NCBI GenBank assembly: GCA_977862235.1
Contig: OZ374562.1
Location: forward strand, 1,116,001 to 1,180,000
From: Dudresnaya verticillata
Taxonomy: Eukaryota
Direction of reading: 5' to 3'
Length of the DNA stretch: 64,000 nt
This document shows positions 63,601-64,000 of the stretch, piece after piece. The translations under genes and the position numbers were made by a program. The notes beneath the pieces are model-generated. The model was not told the origin of the DNA and did no database searches. It was given only the letters and a program-made list of their open reading frames with translations. Position 1 is the first letter of the stretch, and each line of letters starts with the position of its first letter.

Positions 63601-64000
63601 CTTGATATCGCAATCGACTCCGCACAAACTTCATTTCAACGAGTTCAAAATCGTTTCAAACGAATTTCGATAAAGGATTTTGAACTCGTTGAAATGAAGT
63701 TTGTGCGGAGTCGATTGCGATATCAAGCGTGAAACCCGGAAAGTACATGTACTGCGATATCCATGAAGGGAAAACGAAGCTTCAGAAGTTTAAATGTTTA
63801 CGAGAAGATATTATGAAACGGTTACGACACAAACTACTACTTGATTAGGACTATGAGGTAGCCCCAGAAGGCTAAAAAGGGGTGCAATTCGCATCACTTG
63901 TCTGGTTTTGGTTCGAGCACCGCCGCATTTGTGCACATTACTGCACGTTTGGACCCAGGTGGCCACCAGTCGGGAACAAGAACACCGAAGCTCTATCGAC

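Overview
This is repeat-dense eukaryotic genomic DNA. The intronless GC-skewed genes and the transposon repertoire suggest a florideophyte red alga, which is an inference. Only two ORFs look like intact host genes: a 374-aa membrane protein (8374-9498) and an 86-aa secreted Cys-rich peptide precursor (16255-16515). The rest is nested, mostly decayed transposons. They include a PIF/Harbinger element with TIRs and a TTA TSD, a second Harbinger transposase, a full-length decayed Copia, Gypsy remnants, several solo LTRs with TSDs and a CRE-like LINE. There are also three tyrosine-recombinase (DIRS-order) retrotransposons from two families. The most notable signals are three. (1) Both complete YR retrotransposons (gag, RT/RNase H, methyltransferase-like, YR) are bounded by plain unsplit direct terminal repeats sharing a CATGTACAGC...AATGAAA start motif, rather than ITR+ICR or split direct repeats. 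(2) A decayed gene fuses a ParB-like domain to a bacterial/phage-type beta-class N4C/N6A DNA methyltransferase. (3) A toxin/defensin-like prepropeptide ends in an 8-Cys, 24-aa peptide. All domain calls come from motif recognition by eye; no searches were run.
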